Positions 19,181 to 30,425 of a DNA stretch of 64,000 bases are shown piece after piece. Each line of letters begins with the position of its first letter. Position 1 is the first letter of the stretch. This DNA comes from Methanotrichaceae archaeon (GTDB lineage: Archaea; Halobacteriota; Methanosarcinia; Methanotrichales; Methanotrichaceae): NCBI GenBank assembly GCA_963813075.1, contig CAWEXU010000005.1, positions 96,001 to 160,000 on the forward strand. Reading direction: 5' to 3'. Position numbers and translations under genes: made by a program. The notes under the pieces were generated by a model, which did not search any database, had not been told where the DNA came from, and was given only the letters and a program-made list of their open reading frames with translations.

Positions 19181-21361
19181 CTAAAGCCTGGTAGGATCCA
19201 CCCTGAGCTGGCCATACCTTTTCAGTATCGCGGCAATCTCACCCTTTTGCACTGGCTTTGCGATGTAGTCGTCCATCCCAGCTCCCAGGCACTTTTCTCT
19301 GTCCCCGGATAACGCATACGCAGTGGTCGCTATGATCCTTGGGCCATTGACCGGCCAGCGTTTCCTTATCTGCTCCGTCGCTCTGAATCCATCCATCTCA
19401 GGCATCCTCACATCCATGAATACCACGTCGTAGGGCCTTCTCTCCAGTGAGTCGATCACCTCCTTGCCATCTGATACCGCATCAGGCCGGTATCCCATCT
19501 TTTTGAGCATCTCCACCATGACCTTCTGATTGGATGGATTGTCCTCAGCCACCAGTATTCTCAGAGGATGCCCTTCGACAATATCTGCCACATCATTGCA
19601 GGGTCCGGCGATGGCCGTCGTTTTTCGGGATGGATCAGGGACGATCTCACAATCTATTGTGAAACGGAAGACCGAACCCCTTCCCAGTTCGCTCTCCACC
19701 CAGATCCGGCCGCCCATGAGCTCCACCAGGCTCTTGCTGATGACCAGGCCCAGGCCACTGCCATCATATCTGCTGCTCATAGTGGTATCCAGACGGCTGA
19801 AGGGCAAAAAGAGCATCGCCATCTTGTCAGATGGTATGCCGATTCCGGTATCCTGAACGGCGAATGAAAATCTATGTTTTCCCTCTTCGATCTCCTGGGA
19901 GAAGACCGAGACGGATACAGCTCCCGCATCTGTGAACTTGATGGCGTTGGAGATGAGGTTGACCAGGATCTGCCTGAGCCTGCCGTTATCTCCGATGATG
20001 GCGTCAGGAGTGCCATAGCCGATGGTGAGGCTGAGCCTCAGGCCCTTCTTTTCCGCCTCCACGGCCACCATCTCCATAGACTCCTCCAGCAGAGTGCGGA
20101 GGGAGAGGGGATCAAGACTGATCTTCACCCTCCTCTTCTCCATCTTGGAGAAATCCAGGATATCATTTATCAGGGTGAGGAGGGTCTCTCCGCTGGTCCT
20201 GATCCTTTCGATGTAGTCTTTCTGCTCGGTGGATAGGGGCTCTTCTAAAAGGAGGCTGGAGAAGCCGATCACCGCGTTCATGGGCGTCCTCAGCTCGTGA
20301 GACATGCTGGCCAGGAATGCTGCCTTGGCCTCGACCGCGGCTTCAGCTTCCTCTTTGGCCTTCACCAGGTCTGCAGTCCTCTCCTGTACCCTGAGTTCCA
20401 GCTCATCTCTTGACCGGCGCAGCTCCACCTCCGCCTTCTTGCGCTCGGTGATGTCCCTGGTGATCCCCCGGAAGCCGAGCAGATTGCCGGAGTCGTCAAA
20501 ATAAGGGACTCCGCTGGTCTCTATGAAGATCTGATGGCCGTGGCCGTCGTATGCTGTCACCTCCATTCCGGCGAATGGGCCGGGAGAGGCCATTAAATTC
20601 AAAAGGGATTCTATCGCCGCCTGGTTATCGTTTGCAGGGATCAGGTCAAAGATCGACCTGCCTATCATCTTCTCAGGCTTTATGCCCCATAGCCTTTCCG
20701 TCTGAGGGCTGCAGTAGGTATACCTGCACTGATCGTCAGTCTCCCAGACCAGGTCACTGGTAGTCTCTATCAGGGCCTGGTACTTCTTCTGGCTCTCTTT
20801 GAGCTCCACCTCAGACTTCTTTCGCTCAGTGATGTCCCTGATAACCGTCACACGCACGGGCAATCCATCCCGCTCTATGATGCGGCCGTGTGCCTCCACG
20901 GCAAAGGTCGATTTATCCTTTTTCAGGGCAGAAAACTCGCTTATCAGCTCCTCGTTGCTCCCCAGGGTCTTTATAGCACGCTCATGCTCCTGGGGGACGA
21001 GGAATTTGGTAACGTGCGATCCAATCAGCTCCGAGAGCTCATAGCCGTTGGCCTGGGCAAAATCCTCATGGGCTTCAACTATGATGCCATCCACGCTGAT
21101 GGCGATGCTCTCAAATGCAGTCTGGATAAGGGTGCTGTATCCACTATAATCCGAGACGGGATAATCGGCCATTTTCTCGTCAATAAAAGTATGCCCCCCA
21201 TGCGGATTAGATGGCTCCCTTTGAGCATTGCTGAGCTCCCGGAGGGCGTCATCCAGGACCGCCTTTGCGTGAATGGGGTCTTTTAGGGCTTTCGCTTTGA
21301 GTTCATCTATTCTTCTGTAAACCTCAGACAGCCTCTTGGAGTCGTCATTCGCTTTAGCCAT
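19181..21361 (-). CDS. Hybrid sensor histidine kinase (two PAS domains, HisKA, HATPase, receiver)
   Basis: RDITERK x2, MSHELRTP, NAIKFT, DTGIGI, GSGLGL, receiver MDVRMP. Confidence 0.95.
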   Translation of the reverse strand: MAKANDDSKRLSEVYRRIDELKAKALKDPIHAKAVLDDALRELSNAQREPSNPHGGHTFIDEKMADYPVSDYSGYSTLIQTAFESIAISVDGIIVEAHEDFAQANGYELSELIGSHVTKFLVPQEHERAIKTLGSNEELISEFSALKKDKSTFAVEAHGRIIERDGLPVRVTVIRDITERKKSEVELKESQKKYQALIETTSDLVWETDDQCRYTYCSPQTERLWGIKPEKMIGRSIFDLIPANDNQAAIESLLNLMASPGPFAGMEVTAYDGHGHQIFIETSGVPYFDDSGNLLGFRGITRDITERKKAEVELRRSRDELELRVQERTADLVKAKEEAEAAVEAKAAFLASMSHELRTPMNAVIGFSSLLLEEPLSTEQKDYIERIRTSGETLLTLINDILDFSKMEKRRVKISLDPLSLRTLLEESMEMVAVEAEKKGLRLSLTIGYGTPDAIIGDNGRLRQILVNLISNAIKFTDAGAVSVSVFSQEIEEGKHRFSFAVQDTGIGIPSDKMAMLFLPFSRLDTTMSSRYDGSGLGLVISKSLVELMGGRIWVESELGRGSVFRFTIDCEIVPDPSRKTTAIAGPCNDVADIVEGHPLRILVAEDNPSNQKVMVEMLKKMGYRPDAVSDGKEVIDSLERRPYDVVFMDVRMPEMDGFRATEQIRKRWPVNGPRIIATTAYALSGDREKCLGAGMDDYIAKPVQKGEIAAILKRYGQLRVDPTRL

Positions 21362-21598
21362 AGCACACCTTTTGCCAGAGGCCCAAATCTTGACCGCTCT
21401 TCGCTTTATTAACAGTTCAGTATGATCAGATCAGCTATTTTCTTAAGAATCTGTGGCCAGAGAGATTAATCTTTTGGTTATAATTGGTGGTGTATAGTTC
21501 ATGGTGCATGGCAGAAGAGGTGGTGTGCTTTCACTGAGGCAAAACACAATCGTACTCTCGGATTCCCGGCTCTTATGCGATGATCAAGACCGCAGGCC

Positions 21599-22009
21599 TT
21601 ATCCGTTTCTCCTGAACAGGTAAAACCTCGCTTCCCCATAGTTGACCAGCCTCCGTCCAAATCCGGCAAGCTCTGCCAGCTCATCCTGCAGCGGCCGGAC
21701 AATGACATCCGCTCCAACCCTGGCCGCCAGCTCTCCCAGGGCAAATTGCATCTCCAGAGGAGGGCGGATGGAGTAGATCAGACTGGCTCCCTGGTAGATC
21801 TCCTGTCGAGGGGAGAAGATGTCGTCCTTCTCCACCCTCATGCCCGCTATGAGCCGCTCCTCTCTGTCCGTGAGGAGGACATCCAAACCCAATTCCAACA
21901 GCCTTCGGGCAACAGAGGGAAAATAGCCCACACCCACTTCCACCACCCGGCCGGAGTAGTTTTTGGCGATGAACTCCGCCAGGTCTCTGGCTTCCTGCTG
22001 TCCTGTCAT
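21599..22009 (-). CDS. UPF0146 family protein
   Basis: VVEVGVG, DDIFSP..IY.GA.LIYSIRPP.E. Confidence 0.88.
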   Translation of the reverse strand: MTGQQEARDLAEFIAKNYSGRVVEVGVGYFPSVARRLLELGLDVLLTDREERLIAGMRVEKDDIFSPRQEIYQGASLIYSIRPPLEMQFALGELAARVGADVIVRPLQDELAELAGFGRRLVNYGEARFYLFRRNG

Positions 22010-22119
22010 AATGCATCCCATTCTTTACCATATCATTCTTATCCATTTGCAGGATCTGATCGCAATTATTATTAACATATACCACTAATTGACTCTGAGA
22101 AGCTTTGAAGGGGATAGGG

Positions 22120-23223
22120 ATGGAATTGGATCTACGGGAGACTACGGATTTTTCAAAATCAGGCGATGACTTCGGCACCCCCAGGATACTGGTCGCAGGC
22201 TGCGGCGGCGCTGGCGGAAACACTGTGACTCGGCTTGTGAGAATGGGCATCAAAGGCGCGAAGACAGTGTCCATAAACACCGACCGCCAGCACCTGGAGA
22301 CCGTCATGGCGGACGAGAAGCTGCTGATCGGTCGAAAGCTAACTCGGGGGATGGGGGCAGGAGGCGACCCGGTGGTGGGAAGAAAAGCGGCAGAGAGCGC
22401 CAGGGTGGACCTGGAGGACCTGCTGCGGGGCATAGATCTGGTGTTCGTCCTCGCGGGCATGGGCGGCGGCACCGGCACCGGCTCGGCACCGGTGGTGGCA
22501 AGGATTGCCAGGCAAATGGGTGCACTGGTGGTGGCCATGGTCACCACCCCATTTCACCTGGAGAGGAAGAGAATCTGCATCGCCGAGGAGGGGCTGGAGA
22601 ACCTGCGCAATTATGCCAACACCTCCATAGTGATGGACAACAACCGCCTGCTGGAACGCGCCCCTCACCTGCCCTTCCTTGAGGCCTTCTCCCTGGTGGA
22701 CGGGATGACGGGCGAGATCATCCAGTCAATCTGCGAGACATTGACCAGTCCCTCGCTCATCAACCTGGATTATGCGGATGTGCACACCATCATGAGCACC
22801 GGCGGAGCCAGCTATATGCTGGTGGGGGAGGGTAGCATGAAGAAGAGCCCGGAGAAGATCGTCCGCTCCGCTCTGAACAATCCCCTGCTGGACGTTGACC
22901 TCCGGGGAGCAAAAGCCTGTCTGCTGCACATTAGCGGCGGGCCGGACATGACTCTAAAGGAGGCGGCATCTCTGGCCGGGACCCTCACCCAGGACCTGGA
23001 CCCCAGGGCAAATGTCATCTGGGGGGCGAGGATCAGGCCGGAGCTGAGGGGCAGAGTGAAGCTCATGGCCATAATCACCGGGGTGAAATCAGCCCAGGTG
23101 CTGGGGTCCACCGAGGAAGAGGTGGACCTGCTGGATGAGTTGCGCCTCCATACCGATCGGTGCGCAGCTAAAACGAATTTCGCAACAGGAATGAATATAG
23201 ATAGGAAATCAGGATTGGTATGA
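22120..23223 (+). CDS. ftsZ: Cell division protein FtsZ (FtsZ2-like, divergent)
   Basis: GCGGAGGN, GAGGDP, GGGTGTG, DNNRLL, SLINLDYADV. Confidence 0.93.
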   Translation: MELDLRETTDFSKSGDDFGTPRILVAGCGGAGGNTVTRLVRMGIKGAKTVSINTDRQHLETVMADEKLLIGRKLTRGMGAGGDPVVGRKAAESARVDLEDLLRGIDLVFVLAGMGGGTGTGSAPVVARIARQMGALVVAMVTTPFHLERKRICIAEEGLENLRNYANTSIVMDNNRLLERAPHLPFLEAFSLVDGMTGEIIQSICETLTSPSLINLDYADVHTIMSTGGASYMLVGEGSMKKSPEKIVRSALNNPLLDVDLRGAKACLLHISGGPDMTLKEAASLAGTLTQDLDPRANVIWGARIRPELRGRVKLMAIITGVKSAQVLGSTEEEVDLLDELRLHTDRCAAKTNFATGMNIDRKSGLV

Positions 23224-23227
23224 TAGC

Positions 23228-23323
23228 ATGAACGAACTCCTGTTCCAGATTACCGCCTTAACCCTGGCGGTCATCCTGGGAATTGCGGTAATCTACAGCA
23301 TCCGCCTCTATCTGGAGATCTGA
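23228..23323 (+). CDS. Predicted 31-aa single-pass membrane protein (not in the ORF track)
   Basis: MNELLFQITALTLAVILGIAVIYSIRLYLEI*, starting 4 nt after the ftsZ stop. Confidence 0.55.
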   Translation: MNELLFQITALTLAVILGIAVIYSIRLYLEI

Positions 23324-23356
23324 GAGGAAAGGCAATCTGGCATTATCACTGCCTTA

Positions 23357-24616
23357 TCAGCCCTGCCCAGGTGGCGTCACCCTCTGGAACTTCCAGAGCC
23401 GGTCGAGCCTGGCAGTGGCATCCACCCCCACCTTGGTGGTCATGCCCTCATTGCTCCTGGGGTCTAGCGTGCTGCCCCGCACATTCGGATAAAGGACTAT
23501 ATCCTCATCCCCACGCATCCGGGTGGCCAGGGCATACTCCAGATCCCGCGGGTCGTGAATATTGATGTCTGAGTCCACCACCAGCACATGCTTCAGCGAG
23601 CCATGGGCATTTATTGTGGCATCAATAGCTCTTTTCGCATCCTTTTCCGTCTCCTTCTCAATCTGAACAACGGCATGGAAGTAGCAGCATCCGCCCTCGG
23701 TGAGCAGGACGTCCTTTATTTTGGCCACTTTGGAGACGGCACGGTAGATCAGCGGCTCATAGGGCACTCCCATCAGCATCTTGTGCTCTCCTCCTGCAGG
23801 CAATAGTCCGTGGTATATCGATTCATTGCGCATCATCATTTTAGTGATCCGGATGACAGGCTCCTGGCGGACGAGGTCTCTTGTGCCGGTTATATCCACG
23901 AACGGGCCCTCAGGTGCCCGCTCTTCGGTGATGTACCCTTCTAAAACGATCTCCGCATGGGGGACCAGGACGCCGTTCTCCAGAGGGACCAGCTCCACCG
24001 GAGAGCCTCGCAGGGCGGCAGCATACTGGAACTCCATCTCCGGGGGAACGCGGGTGGAGGCGGCCATCAGCACTAATGGATCGACTCCTATGGCCACAGC
24101 CACAGGAACCTCCTCTCCTTTGGCCCGGGCGGACTCATAGAACTGATGGGTGTGCCTTCCCGGAACCAGCCTCGCTGCCAGTCTGTCTTTTCCCAGGACC
24201 ATCAGGCGGTGAACACAGGCATTGATCCTGCCCTCAAAGCGGCTGCTCACCACCCCGGAGGTGATATAAGGGCCGCCGTCTCCGGGAAAGTAGGTCAGGA
24301 TCGGCAGAGAGGTGAGGTCCGGGCGGGAGACTTTCTCCATGAAAGGAGACCAGTCCACCTCTCGAACAGGACCCTGATAGCCGATCTCTGAGAGATGGCG
24401 GACCATATCCTGGGGGGCAACGCCCAGGGCTCTTGCCAATAGATCCCTCGTCCCCAGAATGTTCAGGCAGCACTTGTGGCCGGACACATTGTCAAATAGG
24501 ATCGGCCCCTTTCCCCAGGAGCGCTCCGTTACCTCCTGGACGGGAGACACTGATTCATGCACATGATTCAATAATCCAGCCGCGTCCAGATCCTCCAAAA
24601 AGCCCCTGAAGCTCAT
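23357..24616 (-). CDS. UbiD-family prFMN decarboxylase, probably the anhydromevalonate-phosphate decarboxylase of the archaeal mevalonate pathway
   Basis: DGGPYITSG, EGPFVDITG, GG.EH..LMG.P.EP, GSTLDP. Confidence 0.85.
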   Translation of the reverse strand: MSFRGFLEDLDAAGLLNHVHESVSPVQEVTERSWGKGPILFDNVSGHKCCLNILGTRDLLARALGVAPQDMVRHLSEIGYQGPVREVDWSPFMEKVSRPDLTSLPILTYFPGDGGPYITSGVVSSRFEGRINACVHRLMVLGKDRLAARLVPGRHTHQFYESARAKGEEVPVAVAIGVDPLVLMAASTRVPPEMEFQYAAALRGSPVELVPLENGVLVPHAEIVLEGYITEERAPEGPFVDITGTRDLVRQEPVIRITKMMMRNESIYHGLLPAGGEHKMLMGVPYEPLIYRAVSKVAKIKDVLLTEGGCCYFHAVVQIEKETEKDAKRAIDATINAHGSLKHVLVVDSDINIHDPRDLEYALATRMRGDEDIVLYPNVRGSTLDPRSNEGMTTKVGVDATARLDRLWKFQRVTPPGQG

Positions 24617-24703
24617 GATCCTCTCTCCCACTCTATTTTGCCGGTCTTCATCAAGCCACCTTCCCACACGTTTCTCTTTAATCGCTAATCCACTTTTCCT
24701 TTT

Positions 24704-25405
24704 TCACACCAGGAGCACGGCGATCAGGCCGCTCAGAAAGACGCCGTCGAAGGTCCCAGCCCCGCCTATGCTGGCCACCGGTGCCCCCAGATCGCGGATC
24801 TTTCCCAGGTTGAGGATATCTGCCCCCATAAGAGCGCCTAAAGTTCCTGCCGCATAGGCGATGAGGAAGATCAGATCATGAGGAGCGCCCAGGAGATAGA
24901 CCATCACTATCGCCGCCAGAGCGGCAGATAATGGAGGGATCAGGGCAGGAGTGACGATTCCCAGCCCCCGGACCGGCTTTGCCACCCGGTTGGTGATCAA
25001 GGCCACTATTGCAATGCCGGCCAGAGCATAATAGAAGGATTGGGGGTACCGGTAGATGAGGGCGAGGGAGATCAACGATGGAATCAGGGCCCCTCCCACA
25101 TTTATGGCCAGAAGGGTATTGCAGCTTTTCGCCACAGGGACATGGTAGGATACACCAAAAGCTCGAATGTATCTCTCCTCCACCATGGGCGTGCTGCATT
25201 TCAGATTTGTCAGGGGTATGTTGATGCTGCTTCCCACCAGTGATGCTAAAAGCACAAAGAGAGCCTGGCTCCAGGTGAATCCGATCTTGGTGAAGGCAGT
25301 CCTTGCCAGATCCAGGAAGAGAAAGCTCACCACAACTACTACCAAGAATGCGAATACCAGCATCAGTAAAATGCCCACTGGATAGTAGATCAGACGGTTC
25401 TCCAT
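24704..25405 (-). CDS. DUF1614 membrane protein
   Basis: GS.INIP, AINVGGALIP, GADILNL, SIGGAGTFDGVF. Confidence 0.9.
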   Translation of the reverse strand: MENRLIYYPVGILLMLVFAFLVVVVVSFLFLDLARTAFTKIGFTWSQALFVLLASLVGSSINIPLTNLKCSTPMVEERYIRAFGVSYHVPVAKSCNTLLAINVGGALIPSLISLALIYRYPQSFYYALAGIAIVALITNRVAKPVRGLGIVTPALIPPLSAALAAIVMVYLLGAPHDLIFLIAYAAGTLGALMGADILNLGKIRDLGAPVASIGGAGTFDGVFLSGLIAVLLV

Positions 25406-25503
25406 TTGTCTTTCTATTGCCGTCCCTGGGGTATAATCCTTGTGTATCCCGGTGCGTAATCCTTTGCAAAAGAGATTAGTAATGGTATGTTAAAGAGTGG
25501 CAT

Positions 25504-26625
25504 ATGAAAGAGAAATGGCTCATGGCTAAAGGGTCATGGGAGGAGATCAAACCCCAGATAACCACGGCACTTGAATCGGGATTCGACTGCGTGATCGTGG
25601 ACAGGGAGAATGTCGAAAGGGTGAGGGAGCTGGGAAAGATCAAGGTGGCATGCTTTGGCGCTGAGAGGGGAGCAGAGGACATCCTGGTAATCGGCAGGCA
25701 CGGCGAGGGCGATGGATCGGTGCCCCTGCCCAAAGACCTGAACAGCTCCATGGACTATGCCCTGGCCAAGACCATCTCCGGGACCCGAGCCGCTTATGTG
25801 GTCATAGCCGGCAAGAAGTACGAGCAGTTCGCTGTGGAGATGGGAAAATACGTCGACTATCTCCTGGTGATCGGCACCGACTGGAAGGTGATCCCCCTGG
25901 AGAATATGATTGCCGGACTGCAGGGGTCCAGTGTCAAGATCATCAGCGGGGTCAAGAGCTCAGATGAGGCAGAGCTGGCCCTGGCCACCCTGGAGCAGGG
26001 GGCAGATGGAGTGCTCCTGGATAGCACCGACATGTCCGAGATCAAAAAGGTTATGCGGGCGGCTGAGCAGCTGGAAAAAGGCCGCCTGAACCTTATATCT
26101 GCCAGGGTGGTCTCAGTCAAGCCGGCGGGGATGGGCGACCGGGTCTGCGTGGATACGGCCAGCATGATGGTCCCGGGGGAGGGAATGCTCATCGGCTCTC
26201 AGGCCAGGGGCTTCTTCCTGGTCCATAGCGAGTCCGAGGACAGCCCCTACGTCGCTGCCCGCCCCTTCCGGGTGAACGCCGGTGCAGTTCATGCCTATAT
26301 CCGGGTGGGTGAGAAGACCCGCTATCTCTCGGAGCTGAAATCAGGTGACGAGGTGACCATTGTGAGCAAGGAGGGCCTCTCCCGGAGCGCTATTGTCGGC
26401 CGGTCGAAGATCGAGAAGAGGCCCATGATGCTTATCGAGGCTGAGGCGGATGGGGTGCTGATAAGCACACTCTTGCAGAATGCCGAGACGATCAAGCTGG
26501 TGGCTGGCGATGGCACCCCAAGGCCGGTCACGGAGCTGAAAGCTGGGGACGAGGTGCTGGTCCACCTGGAGGAGTCGGGCAGGCATTTTGGCATGAAGAT
26601 TGAAGAGAGCATTGTGGAGAAATGA
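25504..26625 (+). CDS. aroB': 3-dehydroquinate synthase II (archaeal)
   Basis: [40 protein letters not shown]. Confidence 0.95.
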   Translation: MKEKWLMAKGSWEEIKPQITTALESGFDCVIVDRENVERVRELGKIKVACFGAERGAEDILVIGRHGEGDGSVPLPKDLNSSMDYALAKTISGTRAAYVVIAGKKYEQFAVEMGKYVDYLLVIGTDWKVIPLENMIAGLQGSSVKIISGVKSSDEAELALATLEQGADGVLLDSTDMSEIKKVMRAAEQLEKGRLNLISARVVSVKPAGMGDRVCVDTASMMVPGEGMLIGSQARGFFLVHSESEDSPYVAARPFRVNAGAVHAYIRVGEKTRYLSELKSGDEVTIVSKEGLSRSAIVGRSKIEKRPMMLIEAEADGVLISTLLQNAETIKLVAGDGTPRPVTELKAGDEVLVHLEESGRHFGMKIEESIVEK

Positions 26626-27317
26626 TTCGGGATCGGGAGGGCTCCAGGTTGGATGATTTGGGGAAAACGAAAAGATCGCTGATCGTTGCCGTCCTGGGAG
26701 AGGGGGCGGCAGACGACCTCCGGGCAGCATCAGAAGCGGATGCCATTGAGTTGAGGCTGGACCTTATCCCCGATCCTCTCCCCACCATAAGGGCCATTCG
26801 AATGGCCAGCACAAAGCCGATCATCGCCACCAACCGCCTCCAGGCCGAGGGGGGGAAGTATCAGGGCAGCGAGAGGGAGAGGATCGAGCTGCTTATTCAG
26901 GCCTCGGAATATGCCGATTTCGTGGACATCGAGCTTCAGGCAGAATTGAGAGATGAATTCCTGGCCAGGGTCAATAAGCCGGCCATAGTCTCTTACCATG
27001 ACTTCCAGGGGATGGCGGGTATAGATGAGCTTAGAGCGATCCTTAATCGGATGAGGATGAGCGGGGCGGCCATCGCCAAGATCGCAGTGACGCCTATGAG
27101 CCTGAAGGACGATCTGGACCTCCTGGGATTTTTGCTGAATGCAGATGCCGATCTGCCGTTGTGTATCATCGCCATGGGCGCTCTGGGCAGACATCTGCGG
27201 GCGGTGGCGCCAATATATGGTTCAGCTCTGACTTATGGCTATGTCAGGGAGAGCACCGCTCCCGGGCAGATGAGCCTCACGGAACTCTCGGCTTTAAGAG
27301 CGCTGCTTAAATGGTGA
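26622..27317 (+). CDS. aroD: Type I 3-dehydroquinate dehydratase
   Basis: IELRLD, EGG, SYHDF, IAKIA, AMG..G..R, APGQ. Confidence 0.93.
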   Translation: MIRDREGSRLDDLGKTKRSLIVAVLGEGAADDLRAASEADAIELRLDLIPDPLPTIRAIRMASTKPIIATNRLQAEGGKYQGSERERIELLIQASEYADFVDIELQAELRDEFLARVNKPAIVSYHDFQGMAGIDELRAILNRMRMSGAAIAKIAVTPMSLKDDLDLLGFLLNADADLPLCIIAMGALGRHLRAVAPIYGSALTYGYVRESTAPGQMSLTELSALRALLKW

Positions 27318-27541
27318 TATTTTCAATCAGATATGGCATTATGAATGAATTACTATGTGGGATCTAATACTATGATATTTTCGATCCGGTGCGAATTTGA
27401 TACTGAAGCCTAGCCAGACCATTATAAAAATTATTCTCATTTGTCATTCAAATATACGCTAAGACCAGGACGCTTGTGCCTCCAAAACTTGCTTCATTAT
27501 TTAACGTAAGATTTAATTACTCTGACTGCAAATTAGAAACT

Positions 27542-28888
27542 ATGGATGCAGTCGTTGATGTAGGAGGCAGGCCGGGACATGACTGCGGTGGATTTTGCAG
27601 CTTTTGCTATTTTAAAGGAGTAAAAAGAGTCGAGCCGATGGGATGCAAACATTGCCCACCCCATAAAAAAGGCTGTGATTACTGTTCCAGATCGGTAATC
27701 GAGATCCAGCCCGGCTTCAAGTCCCTGGATCAATTGATATTCGAAGCGTCCCAGCAGTGCATCTTTTCGCGGCCTGATACCATAACAATAAAGGGAAACG
27801 GTGATGCGAGCTTTCATCCGGATCTTCTTAAGCTGATTGGGACCCTGAGCAACGGTGCAGTTCCCATTCGCCTGGATTACACCAGCGGAAAGGGCTTTTT
27901 TAAGGGAGACGAGGCCGGACCGCTGGTGGACGCTGGGCTGCGAAGGATCAGCTTTTCGGTCTTCTCCACCAATCCTGAGCTTCGGCGCAGGTATGTAAAT
28001 GATAGGCACCCGGAGGCAGTTCTCTCAAACCTCAGGACATTCTGCAAAAGATGCGATCTATATGCGATGATCGTCCTCATACCGGGCATAAACGACGGCC
28101 CGGAATTGGAGAGGACCTGTCGGGATCTATACGAGATGGGAGCCAAAGGCCTCATGCTCATGTCCTTTGCCAATAGCAGAGAACAGGGGCTGATTTTTGG
28201 AAACGCTCCTGTAATGCCGGGGATAGTGCCCTACTCGATAGCAGATATCCGCAGAATTGCCACTGAGATCGATGAACAGTATGACATGAGAATCATTGGC
28301 ACGCCCCTTTGGGACCCTCTGACCGGGGCTCCTTTTGCCCTGGCCCATCATAAGGATGAGCTGGACCGACTTCCGACCATCGAGAAGAGCGCTACCATTA
28401 TCACCAGTTCTGTGGCCCATCCGCTGCTTGCGTCCATATTCGAAAAGCTGGGTGAGGATGTGAATGTGGTGGCGGTGAATAAGGAGATCGGCAACCTGAT
28501 CACCCTGGAGGACTTCGAGATCCTGGAGCTGGAGAGGGTGAAGGAGAGGGTGCTGATACCGGGAATGGTCCTGGCCCATGACAGGGAGATCCGCAGGGCC
28601 CTTAGCCGTGACGGTGTGCGCCGGCTGGTCTTCAGAGGCCCTGATGCCCTAACCGTCGAATCGGAGAGGAGCATCTACATGACCCCTGAGGAGGTTTTGG
28701 CCAGAGAGGTGGAGGCATTCACCGGCTTGATCTGTCAGATCAACGAGCTGGGCGAGGATATCGCAGAATTCTCAGACGGCGGGCAGCTTCGTGAGGGATA
28801 TGGATTTTCCAGTTCAGATCGGTCTCAATTCCGTGAGAGGTCGCAAACACCGGATGAGGGGGACCAGATCAGGCAAATCGCTGACTGA
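27542..28888 (+). CDS. mmp10: Mmp10-family radical SAM protein (methanogenesis marker 10), divergent
   Basis: DVGG.PG.DC.GFC.FCYF, C..CPP.KKGCDYC loop, YTSGKG, GTPL.DP..G.PFA, RDGV.R.V.RGP. Confidence 0.85.
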   Translation: MDAVVDVGGRPGHDCGGFCSFCYFKGVKRVEPMGCKHCPPHKKGCDYCSRSVIEIQPGFKSLDQLIFEASQQCIFSRPDTITIKGNGDASFHPDLLKLIGTLSNGAVPIRLDYTSGKGFFKGDEAGPLVDAGLRRISFSVFSTNPELRRRYVNDRHPEAVLSNLRTFCKRCDLYAMIVLIPGINDGPELERTCRDLYEMGAKGLMLMSFANSREQGLIFGNAPVMPGIVPYSIADIRRIATEIDEQYDMRIIGTPLWDPLTGAPFALAHHKDELDRLPTIEKSATIITSSVAHPLLASIFEKLGEDVNVVAVNKEIGNLITLEDFEILELERVKERVLIPGMVLAHDREIRRALSRDGVRRLVFRGPDALTVESERSIYMTPEEVLAREVEAFTGLICQINELGEDIAEFSDGGQLREGYGFSSSDRSQFRERSQTPDEGDQIRQIAD

Positions 28889-28953
28889 CCAGTTGCCTTT
28901 CGGACGATTAATTTTATCTCATATCCCAGCCAGTCCCAGGAGGGTGATTCCGA

Positions 28954-29289
28954 TTGAGCGAGACAAGAGAGCTGGTGGTAAATAAGGATGATTACCTGAA
29001 TTTCCTGGCACAGCGACTGCGGCTGAAGGGCTCCTGCCAGAGGGAGATCGAGAATGTGAGCTTTCCCTTCCTCTTCGCCTCAGGAAGCGAGATGCTGCGC
29101 ACTTATATTCTGGGAGAGTCCGAGTTCACCTCCACCCTGCCGGACAGGTACAGGCTGCCGGACAGAGGCTTCATCTGGTACCTATTCTCTCAGTCGGTGA
29201 AGGAGATTCAGGTATTGCCCGAGAAGATGATAATTAAGTACGAGCTGAAAGACGAATACCGCAAGCCTTTCAAGCAGTTCTATCTATAA
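28954..29289 (+). CDS. Hypothetical protein
   Basis: 111-aa ORF with GAGGGTGA RBS. Confidence 0.7.
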   Translation: MSETRELVVNKDDYLNFLAQRLRLKGSCQREIENVSFPFLFASGSEMLRTYILGESEFTSTLPDRYRLPDRGFIWYLFSQSVKEIQVLPEKMIIKYELKDEYRKPFKQFYL

Positions 29290-29290
29290 G

Positions 29291-30425
29291 TCAGCCGGTT
29301 CTATCTCTTTCCGCCCCGATCTTCCGGCTCCAGCTGCCTGTCAGACGGCCTTTCAGCGCCAGGCTGCCCAGCAGCCCCTCGGCATCATCGGATAGAGGTG
29401 CAGGCGTTCTTTTCCAGAGGGGTGTTCCGGGCAGGGGCATAAAGCGGTGTGCCCTCACCTTTCCCCCTTTTCCTTCGATCCATCTCGCCAGGTCCAGTGT
29501 CATCTGCTGATCCTCAGCAGACTCCATGGGCAGGCCGAATATCAGATCTACATTAGGTATGAGGCCGTGCTCCCGGCAAAGCTCGCAGGCAGACTCGATC
29601 TCCTGCCGGCCGTGCCCCCGACCGATGCTCTTCAGGACCGCCGGGCTGCCGGACTGGCCTCCTATGCTGATGCTCTTGTTTGCGCAGTATGCGGTTATGA
29701 TCTCCAGCGCTTCATCGGATACGAAATCGGGTCTGACCTCGGAGGGAAAGGTGCCGAAGTAGATGGGCTTATTCTGCTCGGACAGCTCTTCCAGCAGCTT
29801 CTTGACCTTGTCCAGCCGGGGCCTTCGGCCGTCGGAGCCGTAGGCAAGGGAGTTGGGCGAGGTGAAGCGGATGTCTTTGTGGCGGCGGGCGAATCTGGAG
29901 ATGACGGAAATTGAGCGGTGACGCATGCAGTGCCCGAAAAGGCGGGGAGTCTGGCAGTAGGTGCAGCCCCAGGGGCAGCCGCGAGAGATCTCTATGGGGG
30001 AGAGGATCGTGGTAAAAGGGGGATAGAGGTCCAGGTCCACCGGGGCACGCTTTTCCGTGAAACAGATCCGGCCGGCGGACTTGTAGGCGATGCCCTTCAC
30101 TGTGCCTGGATCCCCTCCATCGGTTATCGCCTTTATCAGATCGGGCAGGGTCTCCTCGCCCTCGCCCACCACCACGAAGTCGAAGTGCTCCAGCACCTCC
30201 TCCGGCAGGGCGGAGGGGTGGGGGCCGCCGGCGACGAAGATGGCATCCAGCTTTGTCTCCCTGGCCCTGTCGACCTCCCGGTAGACCTCCTCGGCCTGAG
30301 GAGTGGCAAAGCTGTAGAGCATGATTCCCGCCCTGGGCTCAGGAGCCAGACCGGCCTGTACCAGGGGCATGCAGGGCAGCAATGCTATAGGAGTTCTTGC
30401 TGTTGTGCCGAAACCAAATCTTCAC
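29291..30425 (-). CDS. B12-binding-domain radical SAM protein (TIGR04013-like); frameshift near 30371
   Basis: AGGPHPS, GEGE, EISRGCPWGCTYC, GTFPSEVRP; upstream frame gives MKIWFRHNSKNSYSIAAL from GTG 30425. Confidence 0.85.
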
